Source: Octopus sinensis (taxonomy: Eukaryota). From it: DNA of 64,000 nucleotides. Each line of letters begins with the position of its first letter. Position 1 is the first letter of the stretch. The stretch covers positions 94,178,001 to 94,242,000 of the forward strand of contig NC_043001.1 in the NCBI RefSeq assembly GCF_006345805.1, given 5' to 3'. Below the pieces are notes generated by a model, which was given only the letters and a program-made list of their open reading frames with translations, was not told where the DNA came from and searched no databases. A program made the translations under genes and the position numbers. This document shows positions 42,581 to 54,642 of the stretch, piece after piece.

Positions 42581-43197
42581 TTAAAATTTAATAAGGGTAG
42601 ACATTGATATTAATCAATTAAAACCAGTGGTCCAGCATATTAAAAAATCAGAAGATTAAAATATATTTACATACAAAATTTAAAGGACTGATCCCTTCAA
42701 AAAGTGGACGGTCAACATGCTAGATATAGACGTCAAATCACTATTTTCGACAAAGAATATGTTCTCAAATAAATACTCAGCACAAAACCAAAGCATTAAA
42801 AATAAAAATGATTACCCATGTACTGAATCAATTTCGATTATTAATATCCGCAAGGATAAACTGTAATCTCGTCAGCATGGTCTGTCATATAGAAATACAA
42901 TTTGCAGGTCTAGATGCAAAAACGTTTGACCGGAGTCTCGCATGCATGGAGTCCAACCGATTATATTTTTGTGTATCTTTCAAATGCCTTCACTTTGGCG
43001 CGCTGAGATCGGAAAATCCACCCTGCAGCTAATAAGTAGCAGCAGTCAATTTACCGGTTAGAGAATATATTTATTTAATTAAAAATTTAATAAGGGTAGA
43101 AATTGATATTAGTCAATTAAAACCAGTGGCCCAGCATATTAAAAAATCCGAAGATTAAAATATTTTTACATACAAAAATTTAAAGGACTGACCACTC
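42581..43197 (-). mobile_element. Non-coding 1.2-mer element (499-bp unit, ~110-bp terminal direct repeats) carrying a hammerhead ribozyme; PLE pseudo-LTR or retrozyme-like
   Basis: ataagggtag at 42591 and 43090; repeats 42583-42691 and 43082-43191; short (TA)n on both sides; no credible ORF. Confidence 0.8.
42816..42880 (-). ncRNA. Intact type I hammerhead ribozyme
   Basis: Minus-strand RNA CCAUG-CUGACGA-GAUUA[caguuUAUCCuugcGGAUAuuaa]UAAUC-GAAA-UUGAUUCAG-UA-CAUGG. All core residues present, 5-bp stems I and II, GUA cleavage site predicted at 42821/42820. Confidence 0.85.
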
Positions 43198-43255
43198 ATA
43201 TATATATATTGTTATATTTCGCAATGGTCATTTCGCCAGTTTTTTTGCACAACAA

Positions 43256-43318
<63 letters not shown>

Positions 43319-43913
43319 TATATTATGTATATATATATATGTTTGTATATATATATATACGAATATCTAGCTATCTATCTATAAATTTTTCTCACTACAC
43401 ACATACACACATACTCATATATATATATATATATGAAGAATAATTCATTTAATACCGTGTATAGAGAAAATTCCTTCGCCACTTAATATATTTTCGTAAA
43501 ATGATGGATGGCTTGCAAATGCATTAATGTTTAAAGCAATAACGGAATACAATATACGTAGAGACAAATATCTAAAATCATATTCTATGTGAACGCAAAC
43601 ATAAATGTGTATCAAAAATGTCTCGTCTGAAAAGCAACTTGTGATTCTAGAACGCCACTTAGTAAAATAACTTGATTGATACAAGGAGCAATTTCAACAA
43701 AGCAAAACTGCTTAAATTATATCATTCATTACATAAACGAGAAGTGGGGTTAATTATCGAGGATTTTGATGGCATCTTCTGAACAAAATTCAGAGAAAAG
43801 TTTGTAATATGAAAAATACAGCAAAACACTGGAAGAAATAAACAAGACAGTGTTAATGGAAATAAAATAACTTTTAATGAATAACTCGTAATGATGTACA
43901 TACACAAATACAC

Positions 43914-44114
43914 CTTTCCTTACTGCTAAGTTTTTTCCGCATACACAACCAACACAACTTGCTGCAAAGAACGGTCGATTCCTCTGGGTGTAGACCGTTC
44001 CACGCATAAGTTCGCCTTGTCCTGTCTTTGATATCATTAATTCACCAAAGCGTTTCCCTCTTGCGAGATAATTTGCAATATTCTTCAGCTTTCTTGGGTG
44101 TGCGCATGTGTGAT
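43914..44114 (-). CDS. Candidate internal coding exon of a host gene (Cys-containing, unidentified)
   Basis: Acceptor tgtccgtgtttatgtttcag| at 44115. Only one frame is open: HTCAHPRKLKNIANYLARGKRFGELMISKTGQGELMRGTVYTQRNRPFFAASCVGCVCGKNLA(VRK). Possible donors GCA|gtaagg (end 43924) or AAG|gtgtat (end 43914). Non-repetitive and GC-richer than its flanks. Confidence 0.55.
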
Positions 44115-44269
44115 CTGAAACATAAACACGGACAATGCGTGAGTGTGTGTGTGTGTACTGGGTGTGGGTAGTTGTAAACTATACTCATTCTCCCATGCTA
44201 TTTCTCTCTCTTCTCTCTCTCTCTCTAGTATATATATATTAATATATATATATTATATATATATATAAT

Positions 44270-44381
44270 CACGTGATCACGTGACCGACCAGTCCATCAG
44301 ATGAGTTACACATCGCTGGTCACAATGCGTTCGCATTGTTTTAGCCTTCGAATGACGCCACCCGCTGGCTAAGCGAGCAGG

Positions 44382-44385
<4 letters not shown>
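44270..44385 (-). mobile_element. SINE tail fragment (tail T3)
   Basis: Reverse-complement match to 49813-49930. Confidence 0.7.
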
Positions 44386-44445
<60 letters not shown>

Positions 44446-44446
<1 letters not shown>

Positions 44447-44850
44447 GGAGTGGCTGTGTGGTAAGTAGCTTGTTTACCAACCACATGGTTTCCGGTTCAG
44501 TCCCACTGCGTGACACCTTGGGCATATGTCTTCTACTATAGCCTCGAGTCGACCAAACCTTGTGAGTGGATTTGGTAGACGGAAACTGAAAGAAGCCCGT
44601 CGTATATATGCATATATATGTGTGTGTGTGTGTGTGCATATGTTTGTGTGCCTGTGTTTGTCCCCCCAACGTCACTTGGCTATCGGTGCTGCTGTGTTTA
44701 CGTCGCCGTAAACTTGCGGTTCGGGTAAAAGCGACCGATAGAATAAGTTCTAGGCTTACAAAAATAAGTCCTGGGGTTGATTTGCCCGACTAGAGGCGGT
44801 GCTCCAGCATGGTCACAGTCAAATGCCTGAAACAAGTCAAGAGTAAAGAA
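44446..44850 (+). mobile_element. SINE family A, full length
   Basis: aggagtggctgtgtggtaagtagctt…ggttcagtccc…ggcggtgctccagcatggtcacagtcaaatgcctgaaacaag. Confidence 0.9.
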
Positions 44851-45587
44851 TATATATATATATATTATAATATATATATATATATATATATTACACACAT
44901 CACTGTAAGCTTTCATTTAATCAAGATATCTTTGGCTTGAAAAGTAGCCTGCGGTATACGACTCGCATGGATATTTACCACTTCCGATGTTCCTCTCTCT
45001 ATGAAACATATTTAGTCCGGATATTATCTACTCCATTCCTGTACTCTTGTATTGTTATTCGCATATCCGACATTTCTGGTTGCCTACCGAGACATATAAA
45101 AATAACTTTTTTCCAATTTATCGTACTTTACAACCTTACGTCTCAATAAACCATTACTACACATGAAAGTTGTGTTTTCTTGAAGTTAACTTGACCCTTA
45201 GATCTTATATATGTGTGTGTGTCACTCAGTCTCTCTCTCTCTCTCTGTATGTGTGCAATTGTGCGTGTGTGTTTATGTGTATGTACATGCACGCACACAA
45301 ACAAACACACTCACAAGCGCACACACACACACATATATAATCAAGTGAATTATAACCTACAATAGGTAATTGCCAGCTCATTACATCTTTTTCAGTAGAA
45401 GAATGAGAACAATGCTCAGTTTGATGCATACTATCCATAGGCCGATAGAATATAGGCAATTACAGGCCGCCCAGAAAGCATTAAATAGCTAAAGTATTAA
45501 AATTAATCAAAAGGATATATTAAGTATGCCTACCTGCTGGAAATTATAATCATTCAGCTATTTATGTATATATATATATATATATAT

Positions 45588-45993
45588 ACTCTTTTACTTG
45601 TTTCAGTCACTTGACTGCGGCTATGCTAGAGCACCGCCTTTAATCGAGCAACTCGAACCCGGAACTTATTCTTTTTTTCTTTGGGAAGCCCAGTACTTAT
45701 TCTATCGGTCTCTTATGCCGAACCGCTAAGTAACGGGGACATAAACACACCAGCATCAGTTGTCAAGCAATACTAGGGGGACAAACACAGACACACAAAC
45801 ACACACATGCATATATATATACATATATACGACGGGCTTCTTTCAGTTTCCATCTACCAAATCCACTCACAAGGCTTTGGTCGGCCCGAGGCTATAGTAG
45901 AAGACACTTGCCCAAGGTGCCACGCATTGGGACTGAACCCGGAACCATGTGGTTGGTAAACAAGCTACTCACCACACATCCACTCCTGCGCCT
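45588..45993 (-). mobile_element. SINE family A, full length
   Basis: Homology to other family A copies. Confidence 0.9.
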
Positions 45994-46011
45994 ATATATA
46001 TATAATATATA

Positions 46012-46052
<41 letters not shown>

Positions 46053-46066
46053 TTATATATGTAAGA

Positions 46067-46097
<31 letters not shown>

Positions 46098-46464
46098 ATG
46101 ATGTAGATAAATAGATAAATAGATAGATTGATAAAAGAAAAACAGACATGGGACCTATCCTATATTGGGGCTGAAGCTTGCATTGGATCGTAAACTTGCT
46201 TGCCTGTGTGCATGTGCATACGTTCACATGTATATGTATATTTATATGCATGTGTATATATGTACATGCCTATATAGGTGTATAATTATGTCAGTACATG
46301 GACGGCTCTATACAGACGTATTTCTATATAGTATATACACTTATGTGCCGAGTTCAACCCTCATTTCGTATCCGGAATATTAAAATTCCTTGCTTCAAGG
46401 AAAGTTAGATCGATAGATCGATAGAAATATATAGGTATTAATGTGTAAGTTAAGTTCTATATTA

Positions 46465-46536
46465 TCCCACGTGGTCTAGTGGTTAGGATTCCTGGCTTTC
46501 ACCCAGACAGCCCGGGTTCGATTCCCGGCAGGGGAA
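46465..46536 (+). tRNA. tRNA-Glu(TTC)-derived sequence, probably a pseudogene or retroposed copy
   Basis: TCCCACG-TGGTCTAGTGGTTAGGATT-CCTGG CT TTC AC CCAGA-CAGC-CCGGG TTCGATT CCCGG-CAGGGGA-A. A and B boxes are intact; two acceptor-stem mismatches and one anticodon-stem mismatch. Confidence 0.85.
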
Positions 46537-46550
46537 CTTGCTCTTTTTCT

Positions 46551-46610
46551 AATGGCGGTGCCCCAGCATAGCCACAGCTCGTGAGCTGAAACCAGATAAA
46601 ACAAAAAAAT
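46551..46610 (+). mobile_element. CR1-type LINE 3' tail fused to the tRNA-Glu
   Basis: aatggcggtgccccagcatagccacagctcgtgagctgaaac is 41/42 identical to 51556-51597. Confidence 0.9.
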
Positions 46611-47139
46611 AATAATATTAAACACATTAAAACATCAAACGAAGGATTACACAATACTTTTTAGTAGAGTACATAGATATTACTTTTAAAGAAGAGTTCC
46701 ATCTTGGATTCTTAGTTTCAATTCGGTGAAAGTGAGCAAGCCAAAACTTCGATATCATAATCGATTTTTTTCCGTGTAAAATTTTACAAACACATTCACA
46801 AATACATGACCACAATTGCACTCATGTGTACATAGTTGCACACATACACAAACTCGCACAACACACACTCACACACGCACGCACGCACACACACACACAC
46901 ATATATATGAATGTATTTGTGTGTGCGTCTGTGCATGTCCCCCACTATCCCTTGGTGTTTACGTTCGCGTAACTTACCAGTTCGGCAAAAGAGACCGACA
47001 GAATATGTACTAGGCTTACAAAGAATAAGTCCTGGAATTGATTTGTTCGATTAAAGGTGGTGCTCCAGATGACTGAAACACGTAAAAGAATTTAAAAAAT
47101 AAAAGAATGCACACACATACACACTCACGCACACACACA

Positions 47140-47178
<39 letters not shown>

Positions 47179-47556
47179 GTGTCTGACACTATATGTCTGT
47201 CTCATGCATCTAAAAAGCATTACGTCGTGCGTAGCTGGGTAAAACTGTTATTAATTTCATACGTAACTTCTACCGAATGCGTGGAGTGCAAATGCCTTCC
47301 ATTTGTTCACACATTCTTAAAAACACACACATACACAATCGCACACTCACACACACAGATACACACACACACACATACACAAATACATAAATATAAACAT
47401 GCATAGTTACATATATACAAACATACATACACGTATATGATACAAAGAAATTGTATGTTCACTTACTGAACTACATACACGTAATTGCACAAAATATCCT
47501 GCCGTATATGCATCAACAATAACAAAACCAGACACATTGACAGTCACACACACACA

Positions 47557-47597
<41 letters not shown>

Positions 47598-48189
47598 TAC
47601 ACACAAACTCACCTATTCAGACAAAACGACATTCACTCGCAATCTATATGACCGAAAAAGAAAACCTTTTGGAGTCATAGATTCTCCTAGTCTATGGCAT
47701 AAAATAGATGTTTTTAGTTGATTTGTTTTTCAATACAATTTTTGCCACGTGCTTCATAGAGTCAGTGATGCAGAAAATTGACTGGATGACTGCAAATATC
47801 ATGGAGTCCATCAAAACGATGGATATATAAAGCAATCATAGGAGGTGATTGTATCAAAATACAATCAGCTTCCTGGACACGAATAATTGAAGTAGTGCTT
47901 GACTTCCGTTTGTTATCAATCTTCAAACTACCATCAATCATGTTTTTTAAACATAAATGCGCACTCGCATGTACAGCTCACATGAATAACATAGAGATAT
48001 CGACGCATATATATATATATATATATATGTATTATATATATAATATATATATATATATAATATATATATAATAAATACTATATATATATGTGTGTGCTTG
48101 TTTGTGTATATATATATATATATATACAATACATATACATGTAGATAGATCCTATACGGATACATTCACATATATAGTCATACACACAT

Positions 48190-48245
<56 letters not shown>

Positions 48246-49084
48246 GGGTTTATATACCAGAATCACACACAGATACACATCATATAAAGATACATTTATA
48301 TACATAAAAACAAGACAGAAATGTATTCATATATATATATTTAAATGTCTATGGAAGTGTTTCTACACATCTTCTAAATAATATACCATATAGATTTAAA
48401 TAGTTATATTTTAACTGTTTGTGAAATCACGAATATGTGCGCAGATGACCACGAAAACACATCCATATATCCCCCCCCCACACCACATATATATTCTTAT
48501 ATATCTCATGTGTAACATGATGGATGGTACTTGAACAATAGTATAGATTCATCAGCGTAGAGACACTGAGATTCTTTCATATGTCTGGTCTGAAATAAGT
48601 TTGCAGAATTCACCACGAACGTAAAATCTACAACGTTTATGTAATGTGAAAAGATGGTGAATATTTCTAGAATTATAAGGAGATGCGTACGTGAATACAA
48701 AACTTATTCACTCAAGCTGCACGCAAATATATGCAAGCGTATTACTATCTCACTTTCTCATTCTCATTCTACCTGTTCACGAGTGGGTATATATTAATAA
48801 AAAAGAAGTTTGAAGACACCACTAGATAAGATAAATTTTACATGTTTTCAAACTTCTTTTTTATAAATATATATATATTTAATAATTTAATAATTACTGG
48901 TATCTTTATATATTAATATATTTTAAATGTAAAGCATAATATGTTATACATGTATGTAAATTCTTGTAATTGTCAGTTTAGTAAATAAATAAATAAGTTG
49001 ACATATAATGTCTAAAATTTGATGAGCCACCTTTTGATACCCTCCATTTTCTTATTGCTCTCCCTATCTCTATATAAATTATTT

Positions 49085-49569
49085 TACATTTTTCAATCAT
49101 TTGACTGTGACCATGATGGAGCACAGCCTTGAACAGTTTTAGTCGAACAAATCGAATCCAGAAGTTATTCGTTGTGAGCCTAGTTCTTATTCTATCGGTC
49201 CTTTGGGTTGAAACGCTAAGTTACGGATACATAGACACACAAAAAAACTGGTTGAAAAGACGTGATGCAGGAGAAGCATAAACACACATACACACACACA
49301 CACACATCTGACGGGCTTCTTTCAGTATCATCAACCAAATCCATTTACAAGTCTTTGGTCGGCGCGTGACTATATTGGAAGGAAGCTACTTACCACCATG
49401 CCAGACCTAAATATATACGTAGGCCCTGGCGTAGCAGTGTTTCAGAAGCGTACTTTCCATCCACATGCTCCAGGTTTCAGTCTCACTGCGTAAAGCCTTG
49501 GGCAATTGTCTTCTTCTCTAGCCTCAGGCTTAACAAAGACGGGAAATGAAAGAAGCCCTCGTAATTATG

Positions 49570-49608
<39 letters not shown>

Positions 49609-49616
49609 TATATATT

Positions 49617-49652
<36 letters not shown>

Positions 49653-49930
49653 ATATATATACATACATACATCGCGGTTTCGATTCCCAGACCGGGTTTT
49701 GTGAGTGTTTATTGAGCGGAAACACCTAAAGCTCCACGATCTCCGGCAAGGGGCAGTGGCGATCCCTGCTGTGCTCTTTCGCCACAACTTTCTCTCACTC
49801 TCTCTTCTGCTGTCCTGCTCGTTTAGCCGGAGGGGTGGGATCATTTGAAGGCTAAAACAATGCGAAGCGCATTGTGACCAGTGATGTGTAGCAAGATCTG
49901 ATACTCTGGTCGGTGACGAGGGTCACGATG
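49085..49930. mobile_element. Cluster of SINE copies: family A minus (49085-49400), family A head plus (49420-49562), family C head 1 body + tail T3 plus (49673-49930)
   Basis: Homology to the other SINE copies in the window. Confidence 0.75.
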
Positions 49931-49987
49931 ATATATACATACACATATACATGCACACACACAGTCATATATGTGTTTATATATATA

Positions 49988-51610
49988 AACTCAGCTACTG
50001 GCCCCGATGGATTCCCAGCAATCCTTCTAAAAGTATGTAAGAGAGTCCTAGCAAGACCACTGCAGTTCCCGTTTCAGAGCTTCCTTGCAACTGGCAAACT
50101 TCCAAGAAAACTGAAGGAAGGTAAAATATGCCCTATTCATAAAGGAGGTAGCAGAGCTGAGGCCAAGAACTACAGACCTATCTCTCTGACCTCACACATC
50201 AGCAAGGTCATGGAACGAATAGTCAGGAGGAAACTAATCACCTTCCTTGAAGAAAATGGTTTCCGACCAGGAAGAAGCTGCTTAACTCAGCTCCTACAAC
50301 ACTATGTCTGGGTGCTGAAACGACTGCTCAACCACTCAAATGTGGAAGTGATATATCTCGACTTTGCAAAGGCCTTTGATAAAGTCGATCATGGAATGAT
50401 ATGTCACAAACTGCGTGATCTTGGCATAGTTGGAAAATTGGGAGAATGGCTTCATGACTTTCTGAAGGATAGAAGTCAGGTGGTAGTAGGCAATGGGGCC
50501 ACTTCCATTAACACGCAAATAGTGAGCGGTGTTCCGCAATGCACTGTTCTGGGAACACTACTGTTCATAATGGCCCTCTCAGACATGCCCTCAGCCACGC
50601 AGAGAGCCACGATCACAAGTTATGCAGATGAAACAAAAATTTCACATGCAATACAGAACTCTGAAGACACTAAGCACCTGCAATGTGAGCTGGACAAAAT
50701 ATACAAGTGGGCTGAAAAGAATAGCATGCAGTTCAATGCTGAAAAGTTTGAAGCTTTATAATATCTGCATGAAAAACTAAATGCAATACCCAATAAATAC
50801 ACTGGACCTGGAGGGATTGCAATCCGAGAGGTACAATCAGTGCGAGACCTTGTTATTTACATGAGTGATGATGCAACCTTTCATGTGCATGTTGCTAAAT
50901 TGGCAATGAAATGTAGGCGGCTGACCGGATGTATTCTTAGAGCCTTTAGAACAAGAGACCAGGAAACCATGATGGTCCTCTGGAGGACACTTGTCCTAAG
51001 CCACTTTGATTATTGCTCTCAGCTATGGTCACCATCCAGTGTCAAGTTTATCACAGAAATTGAGGCGATCCAACGAAGCTACACGAAGCAGATAGCCTCT
51101 GTGCAGCATATAAGCTATTGGGAAAGACTCAAGAGATTGAGACTCTATTCCTTAGAGCGTAGGCGAGAAAGATATGCCATAATATACATCTGGAAGATCC
51201 TATAAGGACTTGTCCCAAACTTTGGCATCGAGAGTTACACAAATGCCAGAACTGGGAGCCACTGCATAGTGCCAAGGACTCCAAATTTGCCATCAAGATG
51301 TAGGACAAGATACCGTGATAGCCTGGGCTTCCGAGGCCCACAGCTCTTCAATATCCTCCCGAAGAACCTAAGAGACCTGCATGGGGTGGATGCAGATGTC
51401 TTTAAAATGAAACTGGATCTCTTCTTGTCAGGTGTCCCAGATGAATCAACTTCACGGCAGGAGGTGCAGATGAGTGCAGCTGCATCGAACTCTCTCATGC
51501 ACCAGATGGCAATTGATAAAAAGCATTCGTGAAGTAAAATCATGTAGCAACACCAAATGGCGGTGCCCCAGCATAGCCACAGCTTGTGAGCTGAAACTAA
51601 ATATAAAATA
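49988..51610 (+). mobile_element. 5'-truncated CR1-type LINE; reverse transcriptase pseudogene with complete 3' end
   Basis: GPDGFPAILLK, NYRPISLTSHISKVMERIV, GFRPGRSCLTQLL, YLDFAKAFDKVDH, GVPQC (QG mutated), YADE (YADD mutated) and LYSLERRRER. In-frame stops at 50759 and 51203. Confidence 0.95.
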
Positions 51611-51666
<56 letters not shown>

Positions 51667-51784
51667 AAAAACTCATCAAACTCATTAAAAAACCAATGTG
51701 TAAAAATACGCAAGACAAATGCTTATTTTTACACTTTGGTTTTTTGGTGAGTTTTTTTGGGTGAGTTTTTCTACAACTGTTACA

Positions 51785-52005
51785 ACTAGTAATAGTTGTA
51801 GTCGTAGTGTTATTGGTAGTAGAAGTGGTAGTAATAGTATTTGTAGTAGCAGTAGTTGTTGGAGTTATAGTGCTATTTATAGTAGTGGTAGCAGCAGCAA
51901 TAGTAGTAGTAGAAGTGGCAGCAGCAGCAGCAGTCGTTGTAGTAGTATTAGTTAGTTAGTTAGTAGTAGTAGTAGTAGTAGTAATAGTAGTAGCAGCAGC
52001 AGTAG
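51785..52005. repeat. Degenerate (AGT/AGC)n microsatellite
   Basis: Direct inspection. Confidence 0.9.
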
Positions 52006-52055
52006 TTTTCGTATTTAGTGTCAAGTGGAAAAGCAAAATCTTTTGGAAACTAAAT

Positions 52056-52382
52056 CTTAAAGACTCCGCCGGTTACGACGACGAGGGTCCCAGCTGATAA
52101 GATCAACGGAACAGCTTGCTCGTGAAATTAACGTGAAAATGGTTGAGCATTCCACAGACACGTGTACCCTTAACGTAGTTCTCGGGGATAATCAGCGTGA
52201 CACAGAGAGTGACAAGGCTGACCCTTTGAAATACAAATACAACTCATTTTTGCCAGCTGAGTGGACTGGAGCAACGTGAAATAAAGTGTCTTACTCAAGG
52301 ACACAACGCGTCGCCGGGAATCGAACTCACAACCTTACGATCATGAGCCGAATGCCCTAACCACTAAGCCACGCGCCCTCAC
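52056..52382 (-). mobile_element. SINE family C (head 2 + tail T2) with 12-bp TSD
   Basis: TSD tggaaactaaat at 52044 and 52383; A/B-box-like head. Confidence 0.9.
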
Positions 52383-52850
52383 TGGAAACTAAATGGAATG
52401 GTATTCAATACAAGATGATGTGAAGCGAACATGAAACGGCTATTTGTACGTGCTAGTGTAAGTCTATTACTTTGTCTGAGAATGGCCAGAACCGTGAGAT
52501 GGTGTCTCTGAGCTTTAGTATGATGTATGTATGTATGTATGTATGTATGTATGTAGGTATGTTGCAATATGCCTGTGCGCAAGATATGGTATAATCTAAC
52601 GTAGAAGAGCGATATTTTTTGCGTGTTTGTAAATCAACAGAAGGTATTTAGGTATTTTTGTTATGGGACTAATGTGCGTGTAAGTGTGAGGGAAATATTA
52701 CTGAATGAAACTGGCTTGCAGGAGAAATGGAAAAAATGTTTGATTGCTGTGTGTGCAACTTCAGGAGAAAATTACTTGGGAACTTAGCAGAGAGAATAAG
52801 CATCGGAAAGAGCATACATTATATGACAATAATCGGCCAAACATTACTCA

Positions 52851-53155
52851 TCTTTATATATAAAAGTGAAGTTGTGTGAGTGTCTGTCTCCTACGATTTA
52901 GATTCCTAACTACTCCAACATTTTGCGGTGCAGTTTAACCAAAAGCGGGTATCTTATTGTCGTGATTCATATCGAGCCATTCTGGGTATTAGCGCGCGTG
53001 TACGATGAGTCTACGATTAAAAAAAAAAAATTACCATAATTTTTTTTCCCATTTTTAATGCATTTTTGGCTATTATATAAGGGAAGTAACTCTCTAAAAA
53101 TGCTTATATAGTTATTTCCCTTACAAACCCGAGCAACGCCGGGCGATACTGCTAG
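52851..53155 (+). mobile_element. Non-autonomous Helitron (305 bp)
   Basis: A|TCtttatatataaaag 5' end, subterminal hairpin cccg-agcaacgc-cggg, CTAG|T 3' end, no TSD. Confidence 0.88.
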
Positions 53156-53344
53156 TCAATGATAAAAAGGCGGGTGAAATTAACAGAGGTAATGAGAAGT
53201 GTTGTTTGGAAGATGGCAACGTTAAATGAGAAGAAAGGACTATTGTGAAACTGTTCTATATAGACATACGTGACACTGGCTGAAGGAGGTGCATAGTTCT
53301 AAACATCGAAATCAATGTCGTCCTTTCCCTACTTTTAATTTTTT

Positions 53345-53395
53345 TATCTTGTTTCAGCTCACGATCTGTGGCCATGCTGCGTCACCGCCATTTGT
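53345..53395 (-). mobile_element. Solo CR1-type LINE 3' tail
   Basis: Reverse complement caaatggcggtgacgcagcatggccacagatcgtgagctgaaac matches 51554-51597. Confidence 0.8.
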
Positions 53396-53414
53396 AAACG
53401 ATCAATAAACTTTT

Positions 53415-53572
53415 AGGAGTGGCTGTGTGGTAAGTAGCTTGCTTACCAACCACATGGCTCCGGGTTCAGTCCCACTGCGTGCCACCTTGGGCAAGTGTCT
53501 CCTACTATAGCCTCAGGCCGACCAAAGCCTTGTGAGTTGATTGGGTAGACGGAAACTTAAAGAAGCCCGTCG

Positions 53573-53606
<34 letters not shown>

Positions 53607-53830
53607 ATATGTATGCATATGTCTATGTTTGTGTGTCTGTGTTTGTCCTCCCCCAACATCGCTTGACAACCGATGCTGGTGTTTACGTCCTCGTAACTTA
53701 GCGGGTTCGTCAAAAGATACCGATAAAATAAGTACTAGGCTTATAAAGAATAAGTATTGGGGTACATCTGCTCGACTAAAGGCGGTGCTCCAGTATGGCC
53801 ACAGTCAAATGACTGAAACGAGTAAAAGAG
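53415..53830 (+). mobile_element. SINE family A, full length
   Basis: Homology to other family A copies. Confidence 0.9.
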
Positions 53831-53949
53831 TATATATATAAATGTTATATAGAAAAATTAAAACCAAATCCATCACCTGGTCAATTAATCAACTTTCATT
53901 ACACACACACACACACACTTATGAGTAACAAAGATATACAGGTGTCACT

Positions 53950-54032
53950 TCATTACGGCCGTTTCAAGTGACTCCTTTAATCGATTAATGAAAACATTAC
54001 ATCGGTCCAAAGAAACCGTTTTCTTCAGATGA
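53950..54032 (-). ncRNA. Type I hammerhead ribozyme motif, core intact, weak stem II
   Basis: Minus strand tcat-CTGAAGA-aa…tt-GAAA-cggccg-TA-atga; palindromic stem III and GUA triplet. Homologues at ~57465-57530 (-) and 57682-57764 (+). Confidence 0.65.
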
Positions 54033-54164
54033 CTGCATAGTCTTCAAACAGAAATGACAAAACTACTGACTTAACATATTCGCATCTCCAATAGAGCTAA
54101 AATATTTACATTGATCCTGCTGTTATCTGTTTGGCAGAATGAATTTAGAAGATAGTGTATATGT

Positions 54165-54383
54165 TTCCCACCTGGATGGGACGCCCGTCCGTCGCAGGTG
54201 AGCTGCAAGATGCAGGAGGAAAGACTGAGAGAAAGTTGTGGCGAAAGAGTTAGCAGAAGATCGCCATTACACTCAGCCGGAGCCTTGGTTTGCTCATAAA
54301 CATACATATCGCCCGGTCTGAGATTCGAACCCGCGACCCCTCGACCACGAATCTGCTGCTCTAACCAGTAGGCCATGTGCCTC

Positions 54384-54385
<2 letters not shown>
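54165..54385 (-). mobile_element. SINE family C (head 1-like + tail T1)
   Basis: Minus strand ggaggcacatggcctactggttagagcagc…ggttcgaatctc…tcgccacaactttctctc…gggcgtcccatccagg. Confidence 0.8.
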
Positions 54386-54428
<43 letters not shown>

Positions 54429-54557
54429 GAAAAGTTCCTCTGTTTAATGGTATCAGTAAGGCCTGGTTGGAAGCCCAACCTTCTGAGTCCTCACTGGTCC
54501 TCGCTATTTTAGTCGTAAACAGCCGAAACAGCTGCTCAAATAATACATGGATGCACA

Positions 54558-54642
<85 letters not shown>

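Noticed and set aside
46465-46536. Functional tRNA-Glu gene
   Set aside because: Two acceptor-stem and one anticodon-stem mismatches plus fusion to a LINE tail make function doubtful.
48506-48600. Second minus-strand exon after cttatttcag
   Set aside because: Open frames hit stops quickly; no good donor and no recognisable peptide.
49913-50761. Active reverse transcriptase gene
   Set aside because: The start comes from upstream SINE/microsatellite sequence; 5'-truncated, YADD to YADE, QG to QC, and in-frame stops.
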